Assembly: GCA_030829985.1 (NCBI GenBank)
Contig: JAURNW010000013.1
Coordinates: forward strand, 35,469-99,468
Direction: 5' to 3'
Length of the DNA stretch: 64,000 nucleotides
DNA from: Gammaproteobacteria bacterium
Lineage (GTDB): Bacteria > Pseudomonadota > Gammaproteobacteria > Eutrophobiales > Eutrophobiaceae
The position numbers and the translations under genes are program-made. Positions 31,250 through 41,563 of the stretch are shown piece by piece. The first letter of the stretch is position 1; each line of letters starts with the position of its first letter. Under the pieces are notes generated by a model. That model worked only from the letters and a program-made list of their open reading frames with translations. It did not search any database and was not told where the DNA came from.

Positions 31250-32518
31250 TTAGAAGAAGTAGGTTGCGCCAAGAGCAAATATATCTAGCTCTTCAGCACC
31301 ACCGTAGGCTGCAGTACAAGTTGCAGCTGCAGTATTAAGAGCAGCCGCATTAGCACAATCTACGTCTAGGTCAAGCTGTTCCCAAGTACCATAGATTTGA
31401 AAACCTGCACCAAAGTATTGAACTATTTCAAAACCAATACGTTCGACTTCAGAACCTGTGACACCGACACCACCAGTACCGAAACCATCTTCATAACTAC
31501 CATATTTGAATGCAAGCGAAGTATCACCTAGATTATTAAACGCACGTTTAACACCCACTTTAATAAAGTATGATTCTGTTTCGTCTGATACTTGAATACC
31601 GGTATTTGCAGTATTTGCATTCACAGCTAGAGCAGCTGCGGTAAGGTCACCCTCGTCTATCATGTAGGCAATTGAACCAAAGATACCTGTACCCGGATCC
31701 ATCAAACCAGCTTGTACCTGAAAGACTTCAGATTCAGCAACTGTTGTATTACCGCCGCCTTGATTAATAGCATAACCGATACCAATAACAGTATTTAAGC
31801 CAGCGATTGAACCCGAGTGGTTAAGAGCTACATCATAAATGTCATCGTTAGCATAACCAAAAGCTAATTTAACACCCATTATTGCAGGAAGGTCATAACG
31901 GATACCAGTACGATAGACACCGTTACAGTCAAAACCGATACCTAAACCGCTAGTCTGACACTGTAGATTGCTACCCCATGTGGTATCAACTGCACCAGCA
32001 CCTAAGCCACGAATGGTAAAGCCTGAGCCACGGAACACTGGGCTTACGCCTGACCATAAGGTCAATGAAGGATCAGACAAAACGGCAATATTATCTGTAG
32101 GCATTGATTGAGTACCTAACGTTACCTTACCAAAGCCACCACTCAAATGGATATTGCTACCAAGTAAACCGATGTCAGTACCGAAAGCATTATTATTACT
32201 AATTGCTGCTTGGTTACTCAATAATGGTGTAAGACCGTTATCTGCACTTAGCGTATTTGCAGGCTCAAAGGACAATTCAAAACCAGCAGTCAACCCAGTA
32301 TTTGGTAATGCTTGTGTGCCAGTAAATGAAAGACGACTAGCAAGTGTAGTACCGTTATCTTGAATCGCTGAGAAATCGCTATTTGTGCCATCGTCGGTGA
32401 ACAACATACCTTCGTTGATCCAACCTGAGATGTTAACTTCTCCGGCGGTTGCTGCTTGTGATAATGGAAGCAGTGCTGCCGCAGCGACTAAGCAAGCTCC
32501 TTTAATTGTTTTATTCAC
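31250..32518 (-). CDS. Outer-membrane porin (Gram-negative porin family)
   Basis: GTG start after GGAGG; signal peptide; VNISGWIN...SRLSFTG, FGKVTLG; C-terminal ATYFF. Confidence 0.85.
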   Translation of the reverse strand: MNKTIKGACLVAAAALLPLSQAATAGEVNISGWINEGMLFTDDGTNSDFSAIQDNGTTLASRLSFTGTQALPNTGLTAGFELSFEPANTLSADNGLTPLLSNQAAISNNNAFGTDIGLLGSNIHLSGGFGKVTLGTQSMPTDNIAVLSDPSLTLWSGVSPVFRGSGFTIRGLGAGAVDTTWGSNLQCQTSGLGIGFDCNGVYRTGIRYDLPAIMGVKLAFGYANDDIYDVALNHSGSIAGLNTVIGIGYAINQGGGNTTVAESEVFQVQAGLMDPGTGIFGSIAYMIDEGDLTAAALAVNANTANTGIQVSDETESYFIKVGVKRAFNNLGDTSLAFKYGSYEDGFGTGGVGVTGSEVERIGFEIVQYFGAGFQIYGTWEQLDLDVDCANAAALNTAAATCTAAYGGAEELDIFALGATYFF

Positions 32519-33071
32519 GTTGTATTCCTCCTTAAGAAAATACAAATTTATTTACTAATTTACATCTCTAGAGATAAAAATTGGCCTCCCCAGCCTCGTT
32601 TCCCCTAAATCTAGATTCAACAAGTCTTTTGAAGCTACATCTTATATAGCTAGAAAAGCCATTAATAAGACAGCTGTAAAAATACTACATAATTCCATGC
32701 CTTGCAAACATTTATTGTTTTTAATACAACAACAGTATAAATCATTTAAAATTGTTGTTTTTTAACAACGAAAGGTTAAAACTGCATAATTTACAGTAAT
32801 TAGCATTTCTTAATCGGATAGATGATTTATATTTTATTGATTAGTATAGAGACAGAGCGTTGCATAAACGCAACATCTGCCATATTATTCTTATTTTACA
32901 ATTACTTACAGATATTTTTAAATTTGAAATAGAAGGTTTTATTGAGGAGCTTAATTCTACACATAAGTGAATTTTCATTTGAACTGACCTATTACTAATG
33001 GAGTTTAGTCAGTTCACTCAACTATTAAAGTTAACTGATACTTATATAAAGCAATATTTAATCACTACGCT

Positions 33072-33992
33072 TCAATTGAAATAATTCTGTTCCATATCAG
33101 GATAAAGTTGTAAAACAGCACGTTTGTACTCTTCGTGTAAAATATCGAGAGACTGAAATGATGCGGGTAATTCTAACGTCAAGGCTTCACTCATAGCCAA
33201 ACCTCTGTCCAATGCATTTTGAAGGTGCTTATGCAACCACGAAAGGTAGTCGCGCGTTTGTATCATCGCGTGTTCATCACTAATTACTGCGCCATGACCA
33301 GGAACCATATATTTATAGTTCAATTCTTGCAATTTGCTGATGCTATCTAACCAATGTTGAATATTAGCATTGGCCACAGCGGGTGTTCGGTTGTGGAATA
33401 CTAAATCTCCTGGAAATAATACTCCGGTAGTATGATCATAAATGACCATATCCGAATCAGTATGTCCATCTAAAGCAATTATTTCTATCTCATGCCCACC
33501 AATTGAAAACTTACCGGGAACGATTACTTCCGTGGGTATATATGCCTCAGTCTCCTTCATCCAATCACCAATAAGTGCATATAAATTATCGGTAAAGGCG
33601 TTGCCCTGAAGTTTTATACCATTAATAACACCCGACAATGATGCGATTGGCACATCATTAAACGCCTGATTACCGAGAAAATGGTCTGGGTGATGGTGAG
33701 TAATAAATACTTTAATAATTGATAAGCCCGTTGTTGACTCAATATAGTCACGCATCTGTTTGCCATATCGATATGATGGCCCTGTATCAATAACAACCAC
33801 ACCTGCATTAGTAACGATATACGCGGTATTAACAATATTACCGCCATTTTGTTTTGAGAAATATTTAGTTGAACCAACAAAAACATAGGTCCCTTCGACA
33901 ACAGGTTCCGCTATTAAATTGTAATCAAGTTCAGCAGCTTTACTAACCTGAATAGTTAGTATGAATAAAATTAAAACAGAGAAGGTTCGCAT
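33072..33992 (-). CDS. Quinoprotein relay system zinc metallohydrolase (SoxH-like MBL fold)
   Basis: NGGNIVN, IDTGPS, THHHPDH, GHT, GDLVF and PGHG motifs; signal peptide; next to the SoxYZ-like gene (start could be up to 34055). Confidence 0.85.
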   Translation of the reverse strand: MRTFSVLILFILTIQVSKAAELDYNLIAEPVVEGTYVFVGSTKYFSKQNGGNIVNTAYIVTNAGVVVIDTGPSYRYGKQMRDYIESTTGLSIIKVFITHHHPDHFLGNQAFNDVPIASLSGVINGIKLQGNAFTDNLYALIGDWMKETEAYIPTEVIVPGKFSIGGHEIEIIALDGHTDSDMVIYDHTTGVLFPGDLVFHNRTPAVANANIQHWLDSISKLQELNYKYMVPGHGAVISDEHAMIQTRDYLSWLHKHLQNALDRGLAMSEALTLELPASFQSLDILHEEYKRAVLQLYPDMEQNYFN

Positions 33993-34093
33993 TAATATGC
34001 TAACGTTATCATGTGGTTGGAAGAATCGTACAGTCGGCTTCATTGAAATAAACATTCTTTGTAAGGATATTTTTAAATCTTTAAATATTAGAA

Positions 34094-34876
34094 TTACTGC
34101 AATACTTTATTTATTTGATTGCCGTTATTATCGTGCCCGGTAAGCGTGAGTCCTTGATATCGATTACTTTCAAGGTCCAGACTAAAGAAAGGGTTTTCAC
34201 TCACGGGCTGGTAAGACTCTATATGCGCCAATAAATCACCGTTACTATCTTTCAATTCCAGTAATTCAATATAAAAAGCCGGAATACCGGATGCCAATCC
34301 CGTGTCCATCGGATGCATAATTCGAAAACGTAATCTATCCGGTTGGTCTTTTCGTGACCAAAGACGTGATTTAACATCACCCAGCGTATCTTCCCAATTA
34401 GCAAGCCCACTACTCACGCTGGGCGCTGTACAACCACCACCCGTCGCATCGAGCCAATGACCTCCAACATGCCAAACACCGTCTTTTGTGCGGGCAGCGG
34501 CGCGGACCGGCGTTGACTGCTGCACCTTAAATCGAAACGCGATAAAGGGTTCAATCTTGCCAGGGTAAAAGTTTAAAATTTTCTGAATAGGATTTAAATC
34601 GGCAAACACTCTGATTTCTTCAATTTCACCTATGTCACCGACTCTGACAGATACAGGCACATTCATTGGATCTTCAGCTACATCAGGCACAACAACTTTA
34701 ACACGCTCATCAAAAACAACTTCTTCATTGAATAACATTGTCTTATGTACTGTTTCCCAGGTGGGAGCGTCTAGCGGATCAACTGATGTTTGTGCGTACA
34801 CAAAATTTACAGCGGCAATCAAGCTTAAGCTTGAAAATATTTTAAAGTAAAATCTTTGTTTGATGTTTATAGACAT
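34094..34876 (-). CDS. Quinoprotein dehydrogenase-associated SoxYZ-like carrier (fused SoxY-SoxZ)
   Basis: AEDPMNVPV, DLNPIQ, TPVRAAA, internal GGGCTAP, then SoxZ-like HPMDTGL...IPAFYI...VSENP. Confidence 0.88.
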   Translation of the reverse strand: MSINIKQRFYFKIFSSLSLIAAVNFVYAQTSVDPLDAPTWETVHKTMLFNEEVVFDERVKVVVPDVAEDPMNVPVSVRVGDIGEIEEIRVFADLNPIQKILNFYPGKIEPFIAFRFKVQQSTPVRAAARTKDGVWHVGGHWLDATGGGCTAPSVSSGLANWEDTLGDVKSRLWSRKDQPDRLRFRIMHPMDTGLASGIPAFYIELLELKDSNGDLLAHIESYQPVSENPFFSLDLESNRYQGLTLTGHDNNGNQINKVLQ

Positions 34877-34995
34877 ATTTTATCCATCTGAAATTACCCT
34901 GTGATTTACCGAATCAGTAATCACCGGGAATAATAATAAATGTAAATGAGTAATAGCATGAAGTATGAATTGTGTGAGATATTTTAAAGTCTACT

Positions 34996-36981
34996 TCAGT
35001 TATATGAAAATGCTAAATTTCTATCAATTTTGTATTTCTTTAACTTTAAATATAATGTGCTCTTTGCGATACCCAAATGGCTGGCAGTCTTAGTAAGGTT
35101 CCCTTTATGATCCTTTATCGCAGATATAATGATAAGGCGTTCCGCATCATCAATACCTAAACTACTATCGTTTGATATAACATCTTTTATAGAAGTGGGG
35201 CTACTATCTTTGCTTGATTTAGAATAGAATTCGCCAGGTAAATCATCCGGTGTGACTGTATCAGTTTGTGACATCAGCACAGAACACTCGACTATATTTC
35301 GTAATTCCCTGATATTGCCAGGCCATTCATACTCTGTTAATACTTTTATAAAGTCAGGTTCGAATTGTTTGACCGAAGTGCCATCTCGTTTTGCAATCTC
35401 CTTGGCAAAATAATGCGTCAAAACTTCAATGTCATTATCACGTTCACGTAATGGTGGAACTGTAAGTGTTATCACTGAAATTCGATAAAATAAATCCATG
35501 CGAAAACGTCCTTCTTTCACATCAAGGTTCAAATCACGGTTAGTTGCAACAAGTACGCGAAAACTTACTTTGCGTTGCTGGTAATCTCCCAAACGACATA
35601 TTTCACCTTCTTGCAAAACTCTTAGAAAATTAGCCTGAATATCAAGCGGCAATTCTCCTATCTCATCAAGGAACAACGTACCACCGTCAGCAGCTTCAAT
35701 TTTTCCTTTTTTACCACCACGGATAGCGCCTGTGAATGCCCCTTCAACATAACCAAACAATTCACTGGTAATTAAATCGCGTGACAAACCACCACAGTTC
35801 AGAGTGATGAGTGGGCCTTTAGCATTGGGTCCTGCGGCATGAATAGCCTTGGCAAACATTTCTTTACCAACCCCTGTTTCTCCATTAATTAATATTGGTA
35901 CTGGAAGTGCTGCAAGACGTTGAGCCTTATTTATAGTTTTTTTAAGTGCTGAACTGGAGCCCACAATATCTTCGAAATATTTTGCATCACTATTTAAAGG
36001 CACCCTGTTCCTGTTTGTTCCTAAATGGACACTGTGCGGGGATGGAATAATTAACATGCTTCCTAGTTGGTCTTGTCCTTCCATAACTGGTTCTATCCAA
36101 TCTGTAGACAACCATTCAGCTTCCGGCATTTTAGATTCATTATTTATACTATGGATAATACTTTTGCCATTACATTTAAAATCAATACCGCGCATTGCGA
36201 GGTTAGATGCCACATTTTCATTTGCCTTCACAAGATATCCATAATTATCCAGGAGCATCAAGGCATCGTTTGTTGGTGAAGAAAACATAGAAACCGCGGC
36301 ATTTAATAATCGATTTTTTTCTTCCAGCTTAATTCCCATAAGCCTACTTTCTATCCTGCCAGCAGCTTCTACAGCCAAAGCCTGTGTATGAAAATTAAAA
36401 TCACTTTTCAATCCGGATATATCCAAAACGCCAATGGTTTCCTGAGTACCTGGATCACGGATAACCATCGAAGTACAGGTCCATGATTTGATACCCTCAC
36501 AAAAATGTTCTGTCGTATTAATTTGTATCGGGCGACCAACGGAAAGAACTGTTCCGATAGCATTAGTTCCCGCCGCATGCTCACTCCAATTTGCCCCGAC
36601 ACATAAACGAATATCATGGCCATCTTCAACTGTCTTGGGGTCACCTTCTACATGCAAACAAATACCATCACGGTCTGCCAAAATCATCATCGAGCCTGAC
36701 TCGGCCAAGAGATCTCGTGCATGTTCCATAACCGGTTTAGCTGCTTCTAGTAATTGAGCATTTTTTCTGAGGAGATTTTGATAGGTTTGGTCATTAACGC
36801 TTAATCGTGTTTTACTACTTGAGGGGTCTACGCCATCTTCTAGACATCGCGCCCATGAATCAATAATGATTCTTCGGATGGAATTTTTGGGTAATTCTCC
36901 GCTGTTAACATATCTATCCCAGGCTAAATCTACCTGACCAGGATTTATATTGAATGCTGAATAAGAGTCATTATTCTTCAT
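34996..36981 (-). CDS. Sigma-54-dependent activator, GAF-AAA+-Fis HTH (AcoR/AcxR-like)
   Basis: SWARC, GTNAIGT and EHF GAF motifs; GETGVGKE, GAFTGA, FLDEIGE, WPGNIREL; LGIAKSTLYLKL HTH. Confidence 0.93.
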   Translation of the reverse strand: MKNNDSYSAFNINPGQVDLAWDRYVNSGELPKNSIRRIIIDSWARCLEDGVDPSSSKTRLSVNDQTYQNLLRKNAQLLEAAKPVMEHARDLLAESGSMMILADRDGICLHVEGDPKTVEDGHDIRLCVGANWSEHAAGTNAIGTVLSVGRPIQINTTEHFCEGIKSWTCTSMVIRDPGTQETIGVLDISGLKSDFNFHTQALAVEAAGRIESRLMGIKLEEKNRLLNAAVSMFSSPTNDALMLLDNYGYLVKANENVASNLAMRGIDFKCNGKSIIHSINNESKMPEAEWLSTDWIEPVMEGQDQLGSMLIIPSPHSVHLGTNRNRVPLNSDAKYFEDIVGSSSALKKTINKAQRLAALPVPILINGETGVGKEMFAKAIHAAGPNAKGPLITLNCGGLSRDLITSELFGYVEGAFTGAIRGGKKGKIEAADGGTLFLDEIGELPLDIQANFLRVLQEGEICRLGDYQQRKVSFRVLVATNRDLNLDVKEGRFRMDLFYRISVITLTVPPLRERDNDIEVLTHYFAKEIAKRDGTSVKQFEPDFIKVLTEYEWPGNIRELRNIVECSVLMSQTDTVTPDDLPGEFYSKSSKDSSPTSIKDVISNDSSLGIDDAERLIIISAIKDHKGNLTKTASHLGIAKSTLYLKLKKYKIDRNLAFSYN

Positions 36982-37114
36982 GTGTAAATCACCTCAACCT
37001 GAATTTTTACTCTTTAATAAAGGTGCATTCACCAATGCGTCTTTATTTCAAGTATTTCAAATATGTCCTATTGTCGCATTTTTGCGATCTAATAATTGAT
37101 TTTATAGGACGAAA

Positions 37115-37131
37115 CGTATGATTATCGTACA
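37115..37131. promoter_or_regulatory. Putative bEBP binding palindrome upstream of the activator gene
   Basis: CGTATGA-TTA-TCGTACA, related to sites at 40709, 40739 and 46272. Confidence 0.45.
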
Positions 37132-37188
37132 CCTTGAAATTGGCTTTATCAAGAAAGAAGTCTCTTGATAGTCATGATTCTCTTATCA

Positions 37189-38055
37189 TCACTGATAATT
37201 AATTCTAGCTGCTGGCACATGATAACTAGCACCATGATTATTGAAAATTTGCTTGATAGTTCCATTCTCTACCAGTTTATCCATAGCGGTCTTAATTGAA
37301 TTGGTCAGTTTTTCATTGCTAGCTTTGACTGCCACGCCCAAATCCCATGATGGTTTAGCTATGCCCGGCATAGACATAAGTCCAATTTGATAATTAGCTT
37401 TGGCGTCACCTAAGCTTGCTTCGATTTCAGTTCGAGCTCCCATTACGGCCGTTATTTCCTTCTTCAATAAGGCCTGGGTAGCCTCTGCTATCGAATAGTA
37501 ATGGACAACGTTATCTCTAATTCGTCCTTGATATGCGCCTAGCAAATAACCATCCGCCATGGTTACGCGCTCAACACCAATCTTATTTGTAAAGAATGTC
37601 GTTATTTGCGGGTTACCACCAAGTTGTTCTGTATCAGCAGCAACCACTACCTGTTCCTCAGAATAAGGAGCGATGAAATTCACCTTGTCTTCTCTTTTCA
37701 TAAGATACTGATCATAAGGTATATGTAACATTACATCCGCCGGCGGACCAGTAACATGATGCCCTTTCCATACATATACTCTCAAATCATCTTCCAGGGA
37801 CTCATCTGCAAAAACCAAACGAATACTAGCCTTAAGTCCTAACTCTTCTGCTAATGCTCTGGCAATATCAACATCAATACCCTCAGCCTTACCATTCTCA
37901 GCCTGATAAGAGTAAGGAGGAAAATTATCATAGGCAGCGAATTTTAGAATATCACTGGTAGTTTCAGCTTGTGCATCGGCGGAAACTTGCATTGATAAAA
38001 ACAAAACTCCGCACAGTAATAAAAGATTTGCACATTTAATCTTCATTTTTAGCAT
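37189..38055 (-). CDS. Quinoprotein dehydrogenase-associated periplasmic substrate-binding protein (MxaJ/PedG-like)
   Basis: YDNFPPYS, GIDVDIA, ESLEDDLR..VWKGH and ADVMLHIPYD motifs; follows the cytochrome c550 gene. Confidence 0.82.
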   Translation of the reverse strand: MLKMKIKCANLLLLCGVLFLSMQVSADAQAETTSDILKFAAYDNFPPYSYQAENGKAEGIDVDIARALAEELGLKASIRLVFADESLEDDLRVYVWKGHHVTGPPADVMLHIPYDQYLMKREDKVNFIAPYSEEQVVVAADTEQLGGNPQITTFFTNKIGVERVTMADGYLLGAYQGRIRDNVVHYYSIAEATQALLKKEITAVMGARTEIEASLGDAKANYQIGLMSMPGIAKPSWDLGVAVKASNEKLTNSIKTAMDKLVENGTIKQIFNNHGASYHVPAARINYQ

Positions 38056-38072
38056 GTCTTATATAATCTCCT

Positions 38073-38510
38073 TCAATCCTCGATTGCTATGGTCTCGATC
38101 CATGCCCATATAGCCCATAACGCTTCCTGGCTAAAAGGACCGCCGTCAGTATCTGCAAAGACAGGCATATAAGTAACACCATTTCTTACAGATCCCTTGC
38201 GAACGCGCATGACATACCACGCATCATCCTCAGCATTATGTTTCATTTTTCGTAAATCAGGGTTTATTCCGCCTGATTTGCCCTGCAGACCATGACAACG
38301 CGCACAGTTCTGTCCATAGGCCGCTTCTCCGATTTTAATGGCTTTTTCATTACCGGAATAAGGATTTCTCTCTAACCATTCGTCACCAAGTTCTTCCAAG
38401 CCTTCCGTATTAACCGGTTGCGGCGCCACATCACCGTGTGCAAAAAGTAAAGGTGAAAAAAAAGAAAAAATACAAATAAATGCAATAGCAGAAATATTAT
38501 TATGTTTCAT
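38073..38510 (-). CDS. pedF: Cytochrome c-550 PedF/ExaB
   Basis: AHGDVAPQPV, NPY, single CARCH heme site, PDLR, YMP; directly downstream of the PQQ-ADH. Confidence 0.9.
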   Translation of the reverse strand: MKHNNISAIAFICIFSFFSPLLFAHGDVAPQPVNTEGLEELGDEWLERNPYSGNEKAIKIGEAAYGQNCARCHGLQGKSGGINPDLRKMKHNAEDDAWYVMRVRKGSVRNGVTYMPVFADTDGGPFSQEALWAIWAWIETIAIED

Positions 38511-38648
38511 AAGATTAGCTTCTCTTAAATTATAATTATGAGCATATCTTTAGACTCGACGAAATATTATGAGTTCATACAAATATTGTGCAAACAGGCG
38601 TTTTATTTTTTTACAACGTTAGATCGAGTAAAGACAAACCATCATTTA

Positions 38649-38685
38649 TAAGTGACGAGGCCAACATTACGTTGGCCCCGACTTA
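38649..38685 (-). terminator. Hairpin downstream of the PQQ-ADH
   Basis: GGCCAAC-ATTAC-GTTGGCC core with extended imperfect stem. Confidence 0.55.
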
Positions 38686-38730
38686 TTACTTATATTGGGT
38701 CACTGGTACCCAAGTATTACCTAGAGTTTA

Positions 38731-40485
38731 TTAATAGAGCTTAAACACGACTAAGCTAGCGCCCTGATTAATTCCCTCAATTTGCTTAGCAACTTCACCA
38801 CCCCATAGAGGTACTGCAGCACCCCAACCAGATGGAACTGCGATGAACTGTTCACCACCCTGTTCCCAGGTAATTGGAGATCCGACGATACCAGAACCGG
38901 TGTTGTACTGCCAAAGCTCTTTACCGGTCTTAGCGTCAACAGCTTTGAAGTAACCTTCTGGTGTACCGTAGAAAACCAGGTTGCCTGCTGTTGCCATTAC
39001 ACCACCCCAAAGAGGAGCTTTGTTTTTGACTTCAAACACCTTCTTACCAGTCATTGGATCAAAAGCACGTAGCGCACCTATATAATCATCAAAGACAGGT
39101 TTGATGCTGAATCCAGCACCCATGTATGCTGCACCTTTCTTATAGGTAACAGGCTCATTCCATAAGTCCATACCCATTTCATTGGCAGGAACATAGAATA
39201 GACCTGTATTTTGGCTGTATGCCATACCCATCCAGTTGGTGCCACCAAGGAAAGAAGGCGTTACTGTAATAACAGAACCTTTTTTACCATCAGCGCTGTC
39301 AGCAGGATTGCCTGGACGCATCCCTGTTTCAATTGGACGACCTGTTTTCAAATCAATCGCACTGGCCCAACTATGCTTTTCAACAAATGGGAAAGCGTTA
39401 ACGAGTTTACCGTTAGTTCTATCTAGTGTGTAGAAAAAACCGTTTCTGTCCGCGTGAGCAGCCAACTTTTTACCACCATTGTTGAAAGCGACCGTATGGT
39501 TTGTACCATCATAATCCCATGCTTCATTTGGTGTATATTGGAAATGCCACTTAATTTTTCCTGTATCTGGATCAACAGCAATTGTTGAGATTGCGTATAG
39601 ATTGTCACCAGGGCGCATATGTGAATTCCAAGGTGCAGGGTTACCTGTACCCCACATAATGGTTTTGGTTTCAGGATCATAGGTTCCTGTGTTCCAAGGT
39701 GCGCCACCACCAACTTTCCAGAGATCGCCAGGCCATGTCGCATTTAACTTACCGGTCATACCATTTGGTTTACCGTTTAAGGTACCGATATGCCCTTCAA
39801 TTGTAGGACGTTCCCAGATTAATTTACCAGTCTTAGCATCAAAACCTCTCAACATACCAATAATACCGAATTCACCACCCGCAACACCGATAATGACTTT
39901 ATCTTCAGCGATAATTGGAGCGGCTGTAGAAGAATGACCTGCTTTAAAATCACCCAGGTTTTGTTTCCAAACCACTTTACCGTTAGCTGTATCTAGTGCA
40001 ATTAACTCTGCATCCAGTGTACCAAAGATAAACAGGTTGTCGAACAACGCTCCACCACGGTTAATTACGTCACAGCAAGGTAATATGCCTTCTGGCAAAC
40101 GATGCTCATACTTCCAGATTTGCATGCCGGTTTCAGCATTAATTGCAAAAACGCGATTGTATGAAGCGGTAACATAAATAACACCATTGTGGACTAATGG
40201 CTGTGCTTCCTGGCCACGCATTTTTTCCCCACCGAAGGAGAAGGTATATGCAGGCGCTAATGTCTTTATGTTTTTATCATTGATTTTCGCAAGTGGGCTC
40301 CAACGTTGGCCTTGTGTACCCATACCATAAGAAACAACATCACCCGTTGTCGTTGCATCATTTTTAATATCGTCAGCAGTAACACCCGCCGCGAGACTAT
40401 TACTCATTGGCGCGGCAACTAAAATACCGGCTATGGCAATTGATTTAAGAAAACCTGACTCGCAGGCAATTGATAAGGACTTCAT
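38731..40485 (-). CDS. pedH: PQQ-dependent alcohol dehydrogenase, lanthanide-type (PedH/ExaF-like)
   Basis: PCCDVINRG vicinal cysteines, GGEFG, GNPAPWN, WDYDG (extra Asp) and AVPLWGG; signal peptide. Confidence 0.88.
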   Translation of the reverse strand: MKSLSIACESGFLKSIAIAGILVAAPMSNSLAAGVTADDIKNDATTTGDVVSYGMGTQGQRWSPLAKINDKNIKTLAPAYTFSFGGEKMRGQEAQPLVHNGVIYVTASYNRVFAINAETGMQIWKYEHRLPEGILPCCDVINRGGALFDNLFIFGTLDAELIALDTANGKVVWKQNLGDFKAGHSSTAAPIIAEDKVIIGVAGGEFGIIGMLRGFDAKTGKLIWERPTIEGHIGTLNGKPNGMTGKLNATWPGDLWKVGGGAPWNTGTYDPETKTIMWGTGNPAPWNSHMRPGDNLYAISTIAVDPDTGKIKWHFQYTPNEAWDYDGTNHTVAFNNGGKKLAAHADRNGFFYTLDRTNGKLVNAFPFVEKHSWASAIDLKTGRPIETGMRPGNPADSADGKKGSVITVTPSFLGGTNWMGMAYSQNTGLFYVPANEMGMDLWNEPVTYKKGAAYMGAGFSIKPVFDDYIGALRAFDPMTGKKVFEVKNKAPLWGGVMATAGNLVFYGTPEGYFKAVDAKTGKELWQYNTGSGIVGSPITWEQGGEQFIAVPSGWGAAVPLWGGEVAKQIEGINQGASLVVFKLY

Positions 40486-40602
40486 ATTTACACCCCTCTT
40501 TGTGTTGTGTATGAACTAACTATTTTTCTAACTTTCATGTCTTTAACTTAGATAATCGAAATAATTATCTAAAACTATGAATATTGTATCACTAATTATA
40601 CT

Positions 40603-40618
40603 AGCAAAAGATAAGCCA
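40603..40618 (-). promoter_or_regulatory. Sigma-54 promoter of the PQQ-ADH operon
   Basis: Minus strand TGGCTTATCTTTTGCT = GG-N10-GC. Confidence 0.7.
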
Positions 40619-40708
40619 TTAATAAGTTATTAATATTAAGTAAAAGAGAATATCATGTTAATCAATTTGTTATATTATATTATTAATGTTTTCTATAATA
40701 ATAGAAAC

Positions 40709-40755
40709 CGTCCGATTTTAATACATAACAATGTCGAACGTCTCATTTTGATACA
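40709..40755. promoter_or_regulatory. Pair of putative enhancer (UAS) palindromes
   Basis: CGTCCGA-TTT-TAATACA (40709) and CGTCTCA-TTT-TGATACA (40739), 30 bp apart and about 90-140 bp upstream of the sigma-54 site. Confidence 0.55.
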
Positions 40756-40906
40756 TTTATTCATACAACAAAATATCATTGAATACAGATACAAACAATA
40801 ATAATTTAATTAATAGAATCAACATGTAGCAAAATGCAACACAAAAATTATTGAACGATTCTCTGCTCATATTTATGATTAAGATATACGAGAATTAAGT
40901 TTAATG

Positions 40907-40944
40907 AAAAAAAAAGCCATCCGTTAATTAAAACGGATGGCTTT
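40907..40944 (-). terminator. Rho-independent terminator of acxABC
   Basis: A9-GCCATCCGTT...AACGGATGGC-TTT. Confidence 0.9.
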
Positions 40945-40984
40945 AATGATATAGCTAAACTACTTTTATTTTAGTGGAGGATAA

Positions 40985-41491
40985 TCAAGCAGCTATTTTT
41001 TTAGGTACTTTTAAGCCTACCCATTTATAAAACGCCGCAATATCAGGCTCAAAATCATGGATTACCGGATACCAGGGTGTTGGCGCTTCAACATCATGCT
41101 GACATGCACACTCTGGACAATAGTATTCGCGATAGACCTGCCATTCCTGATTAGGTGCCATCAAGTTAGGATAAACTTCGTTAAATTTTTCATCCGTATC
41201 ACGAACAAAAATAACTGCATTTAACTTCCAGTTTTCCGTATATGGACCGAAGACATAACCACAGTCACATTTGTTGACAATATCGCCATTTTTATCTTCG
41301 ACGATGTACAAATGAGGAGCTAAAGGCAGAACAATTTTGTCATCCCACTTTGCTCTATCTTGAAGAACGTCGATGTACATTTCGAATCGCAGTGGATCCT
41401 TCGGCATGAATAACATCTTCCGAACTGTTTCCCAATCTAGGTCACCGTCGATAAGGTCGGCAACCTGTTTTTTTGTGTAAGTTGTAGCCAT
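40985..41491 (-). CDS. acxC: Acetone carboxylase gamma subunit
   Basis: MPKD..RF, KCDCG, NWKL, REYYCPEC and PWYPVIHDFEPD motifs. Confidence 0.95.
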   Translation of the reverse strand: MATTYTKKQVADLIDGDLDWETVRKMLFMPKDPLRFEMYIDVLQDRAKWDDKIVLPLAPHLYIVEDKNGDIVNKCDCGYVFGPYTENWKLNAVIFVRDTDEKFNEVYPNLMAPNQEWQVYREYYCPECACQHDVEAPTPWYPVIHDFEPDIAAFYKWVGLKVPKKIAA

Positions 41492-41525
41492 TTTTTAAAA
41501 CCTCTAATTATTTATTGTTCAAGCA

Positions 41526-41550
41526 TGTGGGCGTATTGTATACGCCCACA
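41526..41550 (-). other. Intercistronic stem-loop between acxB and acxC
   Basis: TGTGGGCGTA-TTGTA-TACGCCCACA, a perfect 10-bp stem. Confidence 0.6.
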
Positions 41551-41563
41551 AACCCAGAGTTGA

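Noticed and set aside
34094-34876. Sox thiosulfate oxidation pathway
   Set aside because: The YZ protein is fused with an internal GGGC rather than a terminal GGCGG, and soxABXCD are absent.
38731-40485. XoxF/MxaF methanol dehydrogenase
   Set aside because: The motifs (AVPLWGG tail, EHRLP..PCCD) and the PedF-type cytochrome neighbour fit the ExaA/PedH ethanol dehydrogenase clade.
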